Shown here: in pieces, positions 38,339 to 51,356 of the stretch
Numbering within the stretch: position 1 is the stretch's first letter
Layout of the letters: each line of letters starts with the position of its first letter
Assembly (NCBI GenBank): GCA_904063045.1
Contig: CAJFCJ010000016.1
Location: 1-64,000 of the forward strand
From: Dimorphilus gyrociliatus
Lineage: Eukaryota > Animalia > Annelida
Length of the DNA: 64,000 bases
Direction of reading: 5' to 3'
Notes under the pieces: model-generated
Told to the model about the DNA's origin: nothing
The model's input: the letters and a program-made list of their open reading frames with translations, nothing else
The model's database searches: none
Translations under genes and position numbers: made by a program

Positions 38339-40910
38339 ATGGAGGCTATGCGGTGTATTTTATTTTTTATCACTGTCACAACAAGTATTTACGCTCTACC
38401 TAAATCAAAAGAGGTTATTATATAGTTTATACGATGCTAAAATAATACTTTAAGTAAAAATAATGCAAATTATTGTTTTCTTGAATTTTTAGTTGCACCT
38501 CAACGATAGGGTTCAATCGCTATTAGATTGGAGCAATCGAAGACCAGTTATTAGGCTAGATGGAAACAAATTTCGTCAATATGTACGACAAGGACCTAGG
38601 AACTATTCCGTAGTTTTGATGCTTACTGCTTTGGCTTCTGAACGCCAATGCTCTGTCTGCAGGTAAGCTTTATTCTTCTGATAATAAAACCATTTTTATC
38701 TTCCTCTAAAAAGAATAATCTTATGGAATATTAAAACAGTCAAATTAGCTATAACCCATACATATTTTTCCTTAATATTGAATATTTAGATAAGAGCCAT
38801 GCAAAAGATCCATAACATTATTTCCTTATTTGCCACGTTGATAATAACGCTATATAGCATTACGTATAAAAACAATGGAAGAACAAAATGGAAAATTTTT
38901 TTCCAACACTTTCTCACAATGCAATTAATTAATTAAATTTTTATTTCTCTGAAAGACATGCTAATGATGAATTCCTAATTGTTGCCAACTCTTGGAGATA
39001 TAGTCAAGCCTACTCATCAAGGATTTTCTTTGCTATGGTTGATTATGATGAAGGAGCTGACGTATTTACATCTGTAAGATTTATTTATAATGTCTATGTT
39101 CCTTTTTATCATACGTTTATCATTACATTTTTAGTTAAAACTTAACTCTGCCCCAACTTTCATGCACTTTCCTCCCAAAGGAAAGTCTAAGAAAGGTGAC
39201 ACCATGGATTTAAATAGGTAATATACTAATAATTTTTAATAAGAAAGTAGAATCGTTAATCGTATATTCAAAAACTTGTGTTTTCTATTTTAGAGTTGGA
39301 TTCGCAGCTGAACAGATAGCAAGATGGGTTCAAGAGCGAACAGACGTTCACGTTAGTTTATTTTATCAAGCTGAATCAACCGTCTTCTTAAACATAAAAA
39401 TACTTTTTCTAAATAGATTAGAGTCTTCAGACCGCCTAGTTATTCCGGAACTCTTGCTTTAGCTTTACTCTTTTCTCTGATTGGTGGCCTCTTATATTTA
39501 AAGAGAAATAGTTTGGACTTTTTATACAACAGAAACTCGTGGGGGATTGCTGCTCTTGTAAGCCTTAGAATTATCTAAAATATCTTTAAATTTCATAAAA
39601 AAAATTTTCAGTCAATTATATTCGCAATGATTTCTGGTCAAATGTGGAATCATATAAGAGGACCTCCTTTCTTACACAGTAATCCTCAAACTGGTCAAAC
39701 AGTAAGTATCAGAATACGTATATTTTTTTAGTTAAGAATTCAATAAGCCAGAGTCCTTAAGTTTATTTAAGTAATAATAAATTAGATAGTAGAGTTTTGT
39801 AAATTGGTTTGAAATTAACATCAACCAAATGAGAGAAATTTCGTATTACAGAGTCTTAATCTTATTCCTCCATTTAATGTGACTGAAAAATAATGTTAAA
39901 TGTTATATAACCTAATGACATATTTATTGTCAAAGAAATTAAAAGGATCATACACTTTTCAGCTCTTCATTCACTCTAGCAGTCAAGCTCAATTTATTAT
40001 CGAAACCTACATCGTTATCGTATTATGTATCCTTCTCACATTTGTTATGCGTATAGCTGCCATATTTTTAGGATGCTAGCTTTTTGTGGTAATTTGGTTC
40101 ATATATTGCTTCTCTATAGCGCTTAATTTTTTTTCGCTACTTAAAGCTCAATTAGCTTGGCATGATAATTCTTTTATTTAAATTAATCATTTATTTAATA
40201 TAATTTTTTTAACATTAAAGCACACATTAGTTAGTTTCTTACTCTTTAATTTAATTATAATAGATTAAATTGTTCCATCCTTTTTCTTTTTAACATTCAT
40301 TTCAGATGTATATTGTACGCGATTCTGATTATCAATTTATTTTTGAGACTTTAATTGTTGCTGCACTGTGTATCCCTTTTTCAATTGTTTTAGTTCTAGT
40401 AAGTAGAAACTGCTTTTATACTTTTTATTTCCCTTCCCTGTTTATTATTATTATTTTTATTATTATTATTATTGCTATTAATTTGCCTTTTCTAGCATTT
40501 ATTGAAGTTTCATTGCTATATTATCAATTTAGTATGTTAATTAAACTATATAAAGGTTATATAACAAAAAACAAAAAAAGGTATTCCTTAACAAAATTTC
40601 AAAGATTCGGCAGTTGTAATTGGAATGATTGTACTGAACGAAGCACCAGAAATGAAGGTTGACGCTAAAAAGAGGAAAAGTTAGTTATTATCATTTAACT
40701 GTTATATACAATACTTAATACGTTGATGTATATATTTTGCAGTTATGTGCTTTGTTGGATTGGGTACAGTGGCTTTCTTCTTTAGTATAATTCTTTCTAT
40801 TTTTAGAGCCAAATACATGGGATATCCGTACAGGTTTATATAATAAAATTATTCTTCCTTCTGTAAGCTTAATATTTGAATTTTTTTCATTCAGTTTCTT
40901 ACTAAAGTAA
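38339..40910 (+). CDS. TUSC3: Oligosaccharyltransferase thioredoxin-like subunit (TUSC3/MAGT1, OST3/OST6 family)
   Basis: Signal peptide; [22 protein letters not shown] (CxxC); [10 protein letters not shown]; [11 protein letters not shown]; [12 protein letters not shown]; [13 protein letters not shown]. Confidence 0.93.
39963..40026 (+). other. TUSC3/MAGT1 alternative exon A (canonical-like) with U12-type donor
   Basis: 64 nt, [21 protein letters not shown]; acceptor ttttcag; donor GTATCCTTC at 40027. Confidence 0.85.
40306..40369 (+). other. TUSC3/MAGT1 alternative exon B (divergent duplicate) with U12-like donor
   Basis: 64 nt, [21 protein letters not shown]; pyrimidine-rich acceptor ...tttcag; donor GTATCCCTT at 40370. 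Confidence 0.8.
40584..40592 (+). other. U12 (minor spliceosome) branch point
   Basis: TTCCTTAAC lies 12 nt before the exon start at 40605, with no polypyrimidine tract (aaaatttcaaag). Confidence 0.85.
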
Positions 40911-41182
40911 AGAAGAAAAAGAGAAGAGAACGTATGATAATTGACTATGAATTTTTAAATGTAATTTTCCTATGTTAATTGTCCTGTATTATTATGTTGC
41001 ATAAATAAATTTTTCTTGATGAGTTTATTTAAAGATAGATGAAATATAACAAGAAAACAAACAATTAATGTGACTAAAGTAACATCTCTTTTAAACTGAA
41101 TTGTAAAAAATAAGAACGTTAACTTGATGAGTGAATATAGAATTTATTTTTTATACGCGTTTTAGACCAGAGCTTATCAGGG

Positions 41183-41255
41183 GGTTTCGTAGTGTAGCGG
41201 TTATCACGCTCGCCTCACACGCGAGAGGTCCCGAGTTCGATCCTCGGCGAAACCA
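41183..41255 (+). tRNA. tRNA-Val (anticodon CAC)
   Basis: 73 nt; acceptor stem GGTTTCG/CGAAACC; anticodon arm CTCGC-CT CAC AC-GCGAG; T-loop GTTCGATC; oligo-T terminator shortly downstream. Confidence 0.95.
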
Positions 41256-41575
41256 GTTATTTTTGATAATTTTTTTATTTGAACTATAGACTTGTTTACA
41301 CAACGAAGCGCTATTGAATCTATTTACTTTTTCTTTTCTTTGGCTCCTTTTCAGATAAAACCTCTTTAAAAATATTTTTATAATATGCACGAAACAGCCG
41401 GTAGATGTCACCAGCGCCGGAATGGCGTCGTGCCCGACTTGCTTTATTAATTTATCTAATTCCGGATAAAAACAGTGTTAATAGTTACAGTTTGGCTAGT
41501 TTATGGTCTATAACAAATATTTGAACCAATCAGTCATTAGTTATTTACGGTAGTTAGATAAGAAAGGCTCAAAAT

Positions 41576-44357
41576 ATGTCAAATTTATTTCGAAAGGCTC
41601 GAAAACCTGGAAAACAAATTGAAGATTCTCTGAAGAAAATTGTGGAACATTTTCAAAGGAAGGGCCTTAATTGCTACCACGGTAGGATAGATCGAAGTAC
41701 AGCCGAATTCCGACTACTACACGACGGTAATGTTACTAATTGAGTATTAGTAGGCTTATATTCTGCTTACATAACAAAAAAGTATTACTAATACATTCCA
41801 ATCATTAGGGAGAAACGAAAATGGATTATATTTGATAAGAAACGCATCGAATAGCAGCGGAGATTACGTATTATCTTATACATCAATAGATGAGCTATCG
41901 GGAAAATTGGGGTGTAAACATTTGAATATTTTACAAGTGATTGTCTATGGGCGAATGGTATCTCAATATGTTTACGGAAAGAATACATTTTTCGGTTTGG
42001 ATGATCTACTAAATCGGTTAAAGAAGAACCAGATTATTAAAAAACCGGTCAACTTTCAAAATTTTAGTAAATGTCTTCCGTTATTTACAATTGGAGCCAG
42101 TCTTACAACTTGCCTACACTCTTCTATACAATCGGAAAATTACGAAGAGGCAAATTCCATTATAGATCATCAAGAATATAGGAAGAGAGATTTACTGATT
42201 TTAAGAGATTGTGATGGAGAGTCGGCTATACACTTAGCAGCTGAGGCTGGCTCTTTGAGCGTTGTTAAAAAATTAGTTGAAGCTGGTGCATTGATTACAC
42301 TAAGAAATAAATCCGGATATACTCCGCTCCATGTAGCCGTTAAGTCCAAAAGATTAGCTGTAGCTGAATATCTTATTGAAAGGGGAGCGGATGCATTCGA
42401 CCGTTGCTTAAAAGCCCCATACAATTCTTGTTTACACGACGCTGCCGCTACTGGACAGATGGATATGATTGATTTACTAATTAAGAACAACGCTCCTCCG
42501 TGGGTATTTAACGTTAGGAAGGAAATACCAAGCGCAGTTGCCGAGAGAGCTGGTCATCAAGAATGCGCTAAATATATAGGTAACATAAGAAATTCATATT
42601 TTCAAAGTGTAAAAACTATCAATCTTTCGTATTGAAAATAGAGAATGTACAATTGCCTCCTGCCAGTAGCCAAAGGGATAATTGGTTTCATCACAATTTA
42701 ACAAGACAACAATGCGAAGAATTCTTTACGAAATACGACTTTGAGGATGGTCTCTTTCTTATTAGACCATCTACTCAACCGTTATTTTTATCATTATCTT
42801 TGTGTTTTAATAATCTTCCTCATCATTTTAGAATTATGGCGGTGAGTAACTTATAAACAGTAACACAATGAATGTTTCTTATATTTCGTATGAAATTAGA
42901 TTGAAGATAAAATGTATCGAATAGAGCCGGATGGTACAACTTGGCCGACTTTAGAGCATTTGGTAGACCATTATTCTGGAAGAATGGATGTATTACCTTG
43001 TTTATTAACCACAGGAATTAGTCCTAGTGAGTTATTTTTAAATAGCATTTATTTTTAAAGAAAGTACCAACATTGCAATTGTTCTATTTGTTTTTTAGTA
43101 AATTTTAAGCCTATCGCTGTTCAATGTTCAATGCCAAAATTAAGAACCCTTACCGCTAACGAAAATACGAATGAAGGATCGATAGGAAATCATAATTCGG
43201 CTTATTTAGAAACTATTATTGAGAATAGACAAGCAACGTATATAACCACTGCAAATAATCACGAAGATCATGAAACGGTAAGAAAGCTAAATAATATTAA
43301 ATATTTGAGTTTATTCGTTAATTACTTGTGTACTTTTATATTCCTTTGAATAGGCCCATAAAGTAAAAACGTTATTGGAAATAGATAAGAAGATGATCAC
43401 ACTAGGTCATTCATTGGGTAACGGAGAATTTGGTGTTGTATTAAAAGGCACCTATTCGAATGATGGAAAGAAAAAAGTAATTATAAAGTTTATTAATATT
43501 TGACTATATAAAATAATAAATTAAATCAATATTTATTATTAACTTTTCAATAGATTGACATTGCTATAAAAACTCTATCAAACGTTGGAGATAATAACCA
43601 GTCAAGCATAGATCAATTTATGAGGGAGGCACATATTATGATGAATTTAGATCATTGCAACATTATCAAACTAATTGGTATTTGTCGTGATGGTACGACA
43701 ACTATGATGGTACAGGAATTGGCTAAATATGGGTCGATGCTGGATTATCTATTAGATCATAAAGACTCTATCAATCCTAAAAAAGAACTTTTATTATGGG
43801 CTTATCAAGTAGCTTGTGGAATGAGATATTTGGAAGAACAACGATTTGTGCACAGGGATCTAGCGGCAAGGAATGTTCTATTGGCCAATAATAAGGTAGC
43901 TAAGGTCGGCGATTTCGGTCTATCCAGAGCCATGAGTGGTGGTGATAATGTATATCAATCGGCCGAAGGCGGTAAATGGCCTATTAAGTGGTACGCTTTA
44001 GAGGCAATTATTTATGGAACGGTAAATAGACAATTTTCACTTTCGAAAGCGACATCTATTGATTCTTTATTTAATTAGTTTTCAAGCGCTTCCGATGTAT
44101 GGAGTTACGGCGTTACATTATGGGAAATGTTCACTTTTGGTAGTCAACCATATGGAGATTTAAAAGGATCAGCTTTAGTAGAGTTTATAGAATCAAATGG
44201 TAGATTAAAAAAACCTGACAAAGCTCCCGAAGAAATATATCGCGTAATGTCTAAATGTTGGTCTGAAGAACCTGAAGATAGGCCTACTTTTGAATTTCTA
44301 GTCACATTTTTCGGGAACATGGACTTCGTTAGATCAAAATTGAAGAAAAAATCATAA
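41576..44357 (+). CDS. Shark: Shark/HTK16-type tyrosine kinase (SH2-ankyrin repeats-SH2-kinase)
   Basis: YHGRIDR SH2; about five ankyrin repeats (AIHLAAEAG, TPLHVAV); WFHHNLTR SH2; LGNGEFG, HRDLAARNVLL, DFGLSR, KWPIKWY, SDVWSYGVTLWEMF. Confidence 0.9.
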
Positions 44358-44451
44358 TAAAACCCACTGAATCGTTTTCAAATTCCATTTTATTTATTAA
44401 AAAAAAACCAAAATTATTCTAATTCATTTTTTTTTCTATTCGAAAGAAATA

Positions 44452-44470
44452 TCTCTCTCTCTCTCTCTCT
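44452..44470. repeat. (TC)n microsatellite between convergent 3' ends
   Basis: About nine TC units. Confidence 0.8.
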
Positions 44471-44698
44471 GCATTCTCCACTCAGAATAAGAGATAAAAA
44501 CAATTTTTTACCGAGAACGGTGCTAACATTTTCAAGATTTTCGTATAAAAATGAAAAGTAAATGACACACTTTTAAGAGCTGTTCTTTTTTTTCGTAACA
44601 GACTTTTCTTCTTTTTTGTTTTTACAATAAATGAATGCAAAATTAAATAAAAAAATATTAAGAAAGTATGTTCTTTTTTGTTTTTTAAAAAAAAAACT

Positions 44699-47600
44699 TT
44701 AAAATGTTCCTACTTTTGTAAGACTAATTCTTTTTGTAATACTTTGATGATTTGTATAATCATGCGATTCTTCAAATTCGTTGTTTTTGTCAAACCACTC
44801 ATCCGTTAATTCGAAAGCTAAATTTTCATCAATCTGTATAAAATGAATTATTTAGTGCTAATTTCAAGTAGAATTTTTAAGGAAACAGCTTACTAAACAA
44901 CTACAGCAAGCATGAGCAGCAATAAAGCTATCCCTTGTTAATCTAATAACGTTGGAGCAATTTTTTAGTATAATCTTCTGACCCTATAATAAAATATAAT
45001 ACAATATTTGAATGTATTATTTATTATAAACAAACCTGTTCAGCTCCTCTTTCAGATCGATTATGATCATTTTCCAATTTAATAATAACTTTAAGTTGAT
45101 TTAAGACGGTAGGAAGACACTCAATAGTAGATTGTAAGTCTTTGGCTAATCTAAATTTAAAGGCATTGTTTAGATGTGAAATTAATAAACGATAAGATAG
45201 TTTACCTATCATCAAAACAGTTCTTTAGTATATCCCTAAAGAATTCAAGAACTTCATTACAATGTTCAACAATTGACAAAGCAATTTCAGAAGTATTCTT
45301 ATAGTCTTTATTATAGATAAATCGCCTTAAATCTAATAGAGATGATTTCATTAGATAAAAATTATCTAATTGAGTTATTCTTTGTTTATCATTCGTTGAT
45401 TTCATTGTCATAAAATGACGTTTTGGAAATCCAGTTATTGGTGTTGAATGGAAATTCTGTTTAAATCTATCGTTAACTTTTAACGATTCGTCACTATGAA
45501 AATAATAAAAATATGATTGTATAGATAATACATCATTGATTAATTAGTGATGGAAATAAACATACTTTTCATTATCGCTAAGTATCTTTGAAAAGTCTAA
45601 TGAAAATGTATCGCATGATAAAAGTCCAGTCATACTAAGGGAGGAATAACATACATATACAGTTAGAAGTTTGATAATAATGGCGAATATACCTCTTAGT
45701 AAAAGTATTTAGAGCGCTATTCACGGCGCTAGATGAACTACCGGCTATTAGATCGTGTCTTAACGATTCTGTAAAGCCAGCGAATACCTTTTCCTTTCTG
45801 GCGTCGATATCTTCAATTCTTCTTGGACTCATTTTAAATTCTGCAGAATACGTAGTAAAATAATGATATAAACAGATAAATGGAATACATACCTGATATA
45901 TCAGTATAACCTTTAAGTTCATTGAGAACTCTACTAAACAAAGATATCCATTCGTATTGTAATTTTTGTAATAATTTATTACTTTTAACAAATTCTTTCG
46001 TATTAAATGGATACGAGTCTGGTTCAATAATTTTTAATAGTTCAATAGTTAATTTATCCAGCCATTCGGAGAGTTCAATAACTGTACGCCGTTTATCAGT
46101 TGGTAAACTTGATAAACAATCTGATATTTTAGATTTAAGAGTTGTTAATTTCTTCTGAAATTCTTCTGATATACAATTTTCAACTTCTAAAAAGAATGGA
46201 AAAAATGAAGGAATTGTTACTATTATATCCTTATTTTTTTAATTATTTATTATCTTACTTGAGGGTGAAAATGATAAGCTAATAGAACGGAACGAATCGG
46301 CCATGTTAGCTAAACATGGGAATATTTCTTTAACTGCTTCATCGAGTATATTACTGGTATCATTCATCTAAAATTAGAATAATAAGAAATACAGTATACT
46401 GTATATTGATTGTACAGTAAAACTTACCACTTTGGAGAATCTTAAGATATTTAAGCAGAGCTTTAAAGTTACAAATGGATCATCGTTACAATTAATTAAT
46501 AAATTATAAGATTCAGTTAATTTTGATTGTTCCATATCTAATAGTTGAGAGGATCTTCTAGCTTCTATTGCCAAATCATTTTGTCTGTTTACAACAATAA
46601 TATAACTGATTATTATAATAAGACGATCCTTAAGAAATATACCCAGTAATAACGGGTTCCAACCAATTTTTTATCTTATTACATTCCGATAGACAGTTCT
46701 CGTATGCCAATTTCCAGCCATCTAAACTATTAATATCCTTTGGTATAGATATTTCAACGCAAGTTCGTTGAATATATTCCTTAGATACATTTATCAATAG
46801 TAGGTTTATTACATGAATTTTAACTTTCCATGTATTTAATGCTTGTTTTAATGCATTCTTAGCTTGAATTGAACGTGATCCAATAGCTAAATCGGCGTAC
46901 GTTGATATAGTTGATAATGTATTTTCAAGTTCATTTTCTTGTTCATTAATTAAACCGTCATTTATAGCTTTTGTTTGGTTAATTATCCATTTAATATCGG
47001 CAGATATTTCTTGGCATTTGTTCGTTATTTGTTCCAAATATTTTAACTAGATTGGTTTTTATTATTTAATTAGTTCAATTTCAAAGATATTAATAAGCAT
47101 TTTTTTTGTTTTTCTACTTTACCGATGAATTAATATCTTTAACATTTTGATTTTGTAAAGCTTCTATTACAATTTCAACAGGATTTGTCCATATTTGTAC
47201 AATTGCCGCAATAATATTCTCGCATTTTGTTACCTTTATCGCCCAAGTACGACAATACTTTTTAAGATCGTCAAAACGCGCTGAATCGTCTAGAACAACT
47301 TTTCTAGAACTATCAATAACGTTTATACTTAAAGTAGTTATATCCGATGATACATCGTGTAACATTCTATTTATAGAAATTGAAAAAGTGATACTTTTAG
47401 CCTATAATTAATTTTAAATTAAACTAGTAAACGAACCGTTTATTTTGTTGATCAAATTCGGCTAAAGTTGTTGCGTTGTCAACAAGAACATTACTATATG
47501 TAAGTAGGTCGTTGCAAAGAACATCTACTTTTTGCCTCTTCGAAGAGATTGCCGATAATTCAATTTCATCCGCCAAACGTTTAACATCGGAAGAATCGGT

Positions 47601-50398
47601 TAAAAGAATAGAAAAATCAAAATGTTCATCATTAGAAATAGTTTTATCGCCTTCCATTGTCATTTCAGAATTATGAAAACGATATTCGACAGCTGTAAAG
47701 TTTAAATATAAAAAGAAATTATTGAATATATATATATATGTATTTATACATTACTTTTATTCATATCTGCTAATATCTTTTCATGATTTTCTTTATCTAA
47801 ACCATCAGCTAAATATCTCATATTTTGATGTAATATCTCACATTTTTCACTAAGTATACTAAGTAGTGTATCGCAATTGTCGGCTTGTTCAATTTGATTG
47901 ATAACAGTTCTTACTGATGGTATACCTTAAAATAATAATATTCCTTAACTAATTAGCATATATTTAAATATATTAGTGAATAATTTCATTAATGAAAGTT
48001 TTTTGTTTACATTGTAATAAATTCTTTAGAAATGTTGCTAAATTTTTATTAAAATCGTTAGGCTCCGATTGATTTATAATAGATTTAGCAACGGTACAAA
48101 CTCTCCCAGTTTTCCCGAGAACAGCCTTAACATCTGCCAATAGTTTGAATGAAATTTGTGTGCATTTACAAATACTATCAATTTCATTATTTAATTGATT
48201 ATCTGAAAGAAAAATGCAAAGAAAGAAGAACATTAAATGCTAATAAAACAATAGAATAAGTAAACTTTACTTGTCAATAAGATGAATTTATTTGGATCTG
48301 TTATCTTATCAATAGTAATGATAAGATTTTTTACGCAATCCGACCATTCATTCCTTAGTAGTTTAATTTGCTAGATGAAATAATAAAAACAATATTGTAT
48401 ATATGGATAACCTAAAATAGAACAATTTTACTAGAATTGCATCTTTATTCTTCTTATTTGCATGGCAAAGTAGTATTGCTGGTATTAATTCTGGATCCAA
48501 TGCTTCCAACTGTTGAACAGCTGTTTGAATTACTTTAACCTCTGTAGTGTATAATGAAAATATATAATTGCTGATCGTAAAATTACTAATTTTATGGCAC
48601 TGTAAGATATTTACTCGATGTATCAGGACAACTAGCCGATACTAGTCTAGACGCTTGACATATCATATCAGAATGACTATGGAAGTTCTCTATTAAATCA
48701 TCCAAAGTATTTCCGGTTGGAGCATTACAAACTGAAATCTATTTATATATAAAAAGATTAAATTATACCTTATAAACTTATTAGAAAAAAAGACAAACTT
48801 CGCTCAATAGAACTCTTTTTATAACTCTATCAAGAGGTTCGACGCTTTCTTTAAAAGCGTCAATAATTAATCCAAGTACTGCACCATTTACTTGTCTTTC
48901 TAAATGCTGAAGTCCTTCTTGAACAATTGCTTTAATATCCGGTAATTTGTCTCTATAATCAAATATATAATTAAGTTGATACAAATATTGCATTAAAAAA
49001 AAGAAAAACAATGTTTGTAACCTATTTTCAACTTCTAAACATTGCAGATATTTATTTTTAGCTTGTAAAACAATTTGAGAGATTTTTTTAATAGAATCTT
49101 TAAAGCACTCATTTGCCGCATGACCAACAGTTAATGAATGCCTTAATATACTATTAATTTCATTAGTTATATCATCATTCGTCGATAACCTTTCCATAGC
49201 CTTTAAAAATGACAATGAAAAAGATATTAGTTTGTTTACATATATAGAATATTAGAATTTATTACTAGATCGATTGTTAGAGTAAAACAACCAGCTTCTT
49301 CGACGTTAATAGAATCATTATCGTCATCTTCATTAATTAGATATCGTCCTTCAATCGCTTTTCGAATTTCTCTTAATGATTTTTTCATTTGAGCAACAGC
49401 AAAATCTTCTGATAGCTATTGATTGGAAGAAAGATGCATATTATCACATTTTATCATTAGGAAATAATCTATATTTATCGATATATCTTTTACTTGACGT
49501 TTTAGTTTATCAGATGAAGATTTCCGGTATATCGCGCGTAATCCTTCGCAAAGTAACGGTATATTTCTTTTAAACGTTGAAATAGATACATTTAAAGCTT
49601 GCTTTTGTTTAGCTTTGCGTAAATTTTTCGTTCGATTATCGCATAAATCCACCATTTCGATAGAAGTTTTATAGATTTTCTTTAAAATATAAATAGTATT
49701 ATATTATAGACATTTTTAATAGATAAAAATATATCAACTTTTAAATCGGAGGCTAATTCTTTCTGATGTTCTCTCGATAGTAAACTGTTCAAGTCCTCTT
49801 CTATTTGTTCAGTCATATTCACTATTTTCTTTATATCTCTCTCATCAGCTATCAAAAGGACTTTTATTAAACTTTCTACAACATCTTTTATTGATCTTGT
49901 TAACTGTCTAAATGAGCTTGTATCTTCCAAACTATAGGTTAGCTTCTTTGAACAGACTAGAAAATTTTCAGAATTCTCTGTTAAAGTAAAAGATGCCGCT
50001 TGCAACTTATTCTTTAATGTCTAAAATTATTAAAATCGTATTAAGAGATAGACTAAAAGTAGAATAGAGGTAATTTTGAGAACATACCTCATCACTTATA
50101 GATTTAGATAGCTTCAAAGCTGCTTTCGAAGCCGCTTTACATTTTGCAAAGAATTGGCAACCCTTCTCTTCTATGTATTCAGCTGAACAACGTCGAGAAT
50201 TTTTCTCCCCTAGCAGGATCAATTGAGATACCTATAAAATTTTTTTAAAATTTCAATTGTACCGAGCGATAATATAAAATTGTTGACAAAACTCTAGTTT
50301 CTAACAATACGACTTACTTGTGATAGTATTGGAGCTATGGATTGTTCAATTGATTTAGTTGGTACTCGATTCGATACTAATGCATTTATTTCATCCAT
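44699..50398 (-). CDS. Divergent alpha-catenin/vinculin-superfamily helical-bundle protein, many exons
   Basis: RVPTKSIEQSIAPILSQ/VSQLI resembles vinculin HTRTIESILEPVAQQI and catenin TLAVERLLEPLVTQV. LIKVLLIADERDIKKI and RNIPLL resemble the alpha-catenin N-domain VTRLLILADMADV and KNVPIL. Last exon ends ...SLTKVGTF*. Confidence 0.65.
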
Positions 50399-50730
50399 TT
50401 TGTGATGAAAATATTTAAAAAAATTGAAAAAAGAAAAAAACCGCCAACTGTTGTTAAATCCCAAAGTTCTGTTGCGTTACCTGTCTGCGTTTACACAATT
50501 TTGGATAGCGCCCCCTGTCGACATAAATAAATATTTACAAAGACACGACTAAACTTTTTTTTATATACATATATATACGAAAAACAGTTGTAATCATCAT
50601 AAAAAGATTCATTTAAAATTTTAAATAAAATTCTAAAAAAGAAAAGAAAAAAGAATAAAAACAACAAAAACCGCAAAAACACTGTAATATTTTCGTTTAA
50701 ATGTAAAATTGTTGAATAAAACAGAGAACA

Positions 50731-51030
50731 ATGGAAAATAAAAGTCTGCATATGGAATTAATAAATGCTATGAATGAGATTATGTTTAAAAGAGATGAAT
50801 TAAATAGGCAAATTCAAAGCGATGATGAAGAAAAGAAGATGCTGGAGAACGATATTACAATTTTACAACAAAGACTTAATTGTGTTCAGCAAAGATTAAG
50901 ATGCAATCAAGAAGTAATAGGAAAAATGAATAGAATATTAACAGAAACCGATATGGCTTATAGAAAAATACAAGAGAGTTCACAAGTATTAGTCTCTGCT
51001 TTGAAAAAGCATTCTCACGATGTTTATTAA
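50731..51030 (+). CDS. SSNA1: SSNA1/NA14/DIP13-like coiled-coil microtubule protein, intronless and divergent
   Basis: ELINAMNEIMFKRDELNRQIQSDDEEKKMLENDI...ETDMAYRKIQESSQVLVSALKK aligns with SSNA1 [34 protein letters not shown]...[22 protein letters not shown]. Confidence 0.8.
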   Translation: MENKSLHMELINAMNEIMFKRDELNRQIQSDDEEKKMLENDITILQQRLNCVQQRLRCNQEVIGKMNRILTETDMAYRKIQESSQVLVSALKKHSHDVY

Positions 51031-51356
51031 TGAGAAATTTTCCTAATATACAATATACAATAAAATAATTACAATAGCAAGAAGAATTGCTTGAAATGAT
51101 CATTATGCATCGTTATTAAAAGAGGTAAACTTAAAGGCAGTTTAGAAAATCAAGATATCTTAAAAAGTCACATACTTTCTCCATTATATCCATAATTTTT
51201 GCATAAGATAAGGAGAAAGGAGAATAGATACTATGCATAGTCAAACATTCTTTTTAAATCATCTAGAAAAATAAACTGATAGCTTATATAAAGTATACAG
51301 TACAATATAACGAATATAGCAAGTATTAGTAGTGCTTTTGACAGTTGGATTGAGAT

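Noticed and set aside
41387-41433. GC-rich segment with GCACGA...TCGTGC and CCGG pairs downstream of the tRNA, a possible small RNA
   Set aside because: Stems are short, with no Pol III boxes or sno motifs; it is better explained as the Shark promoter.
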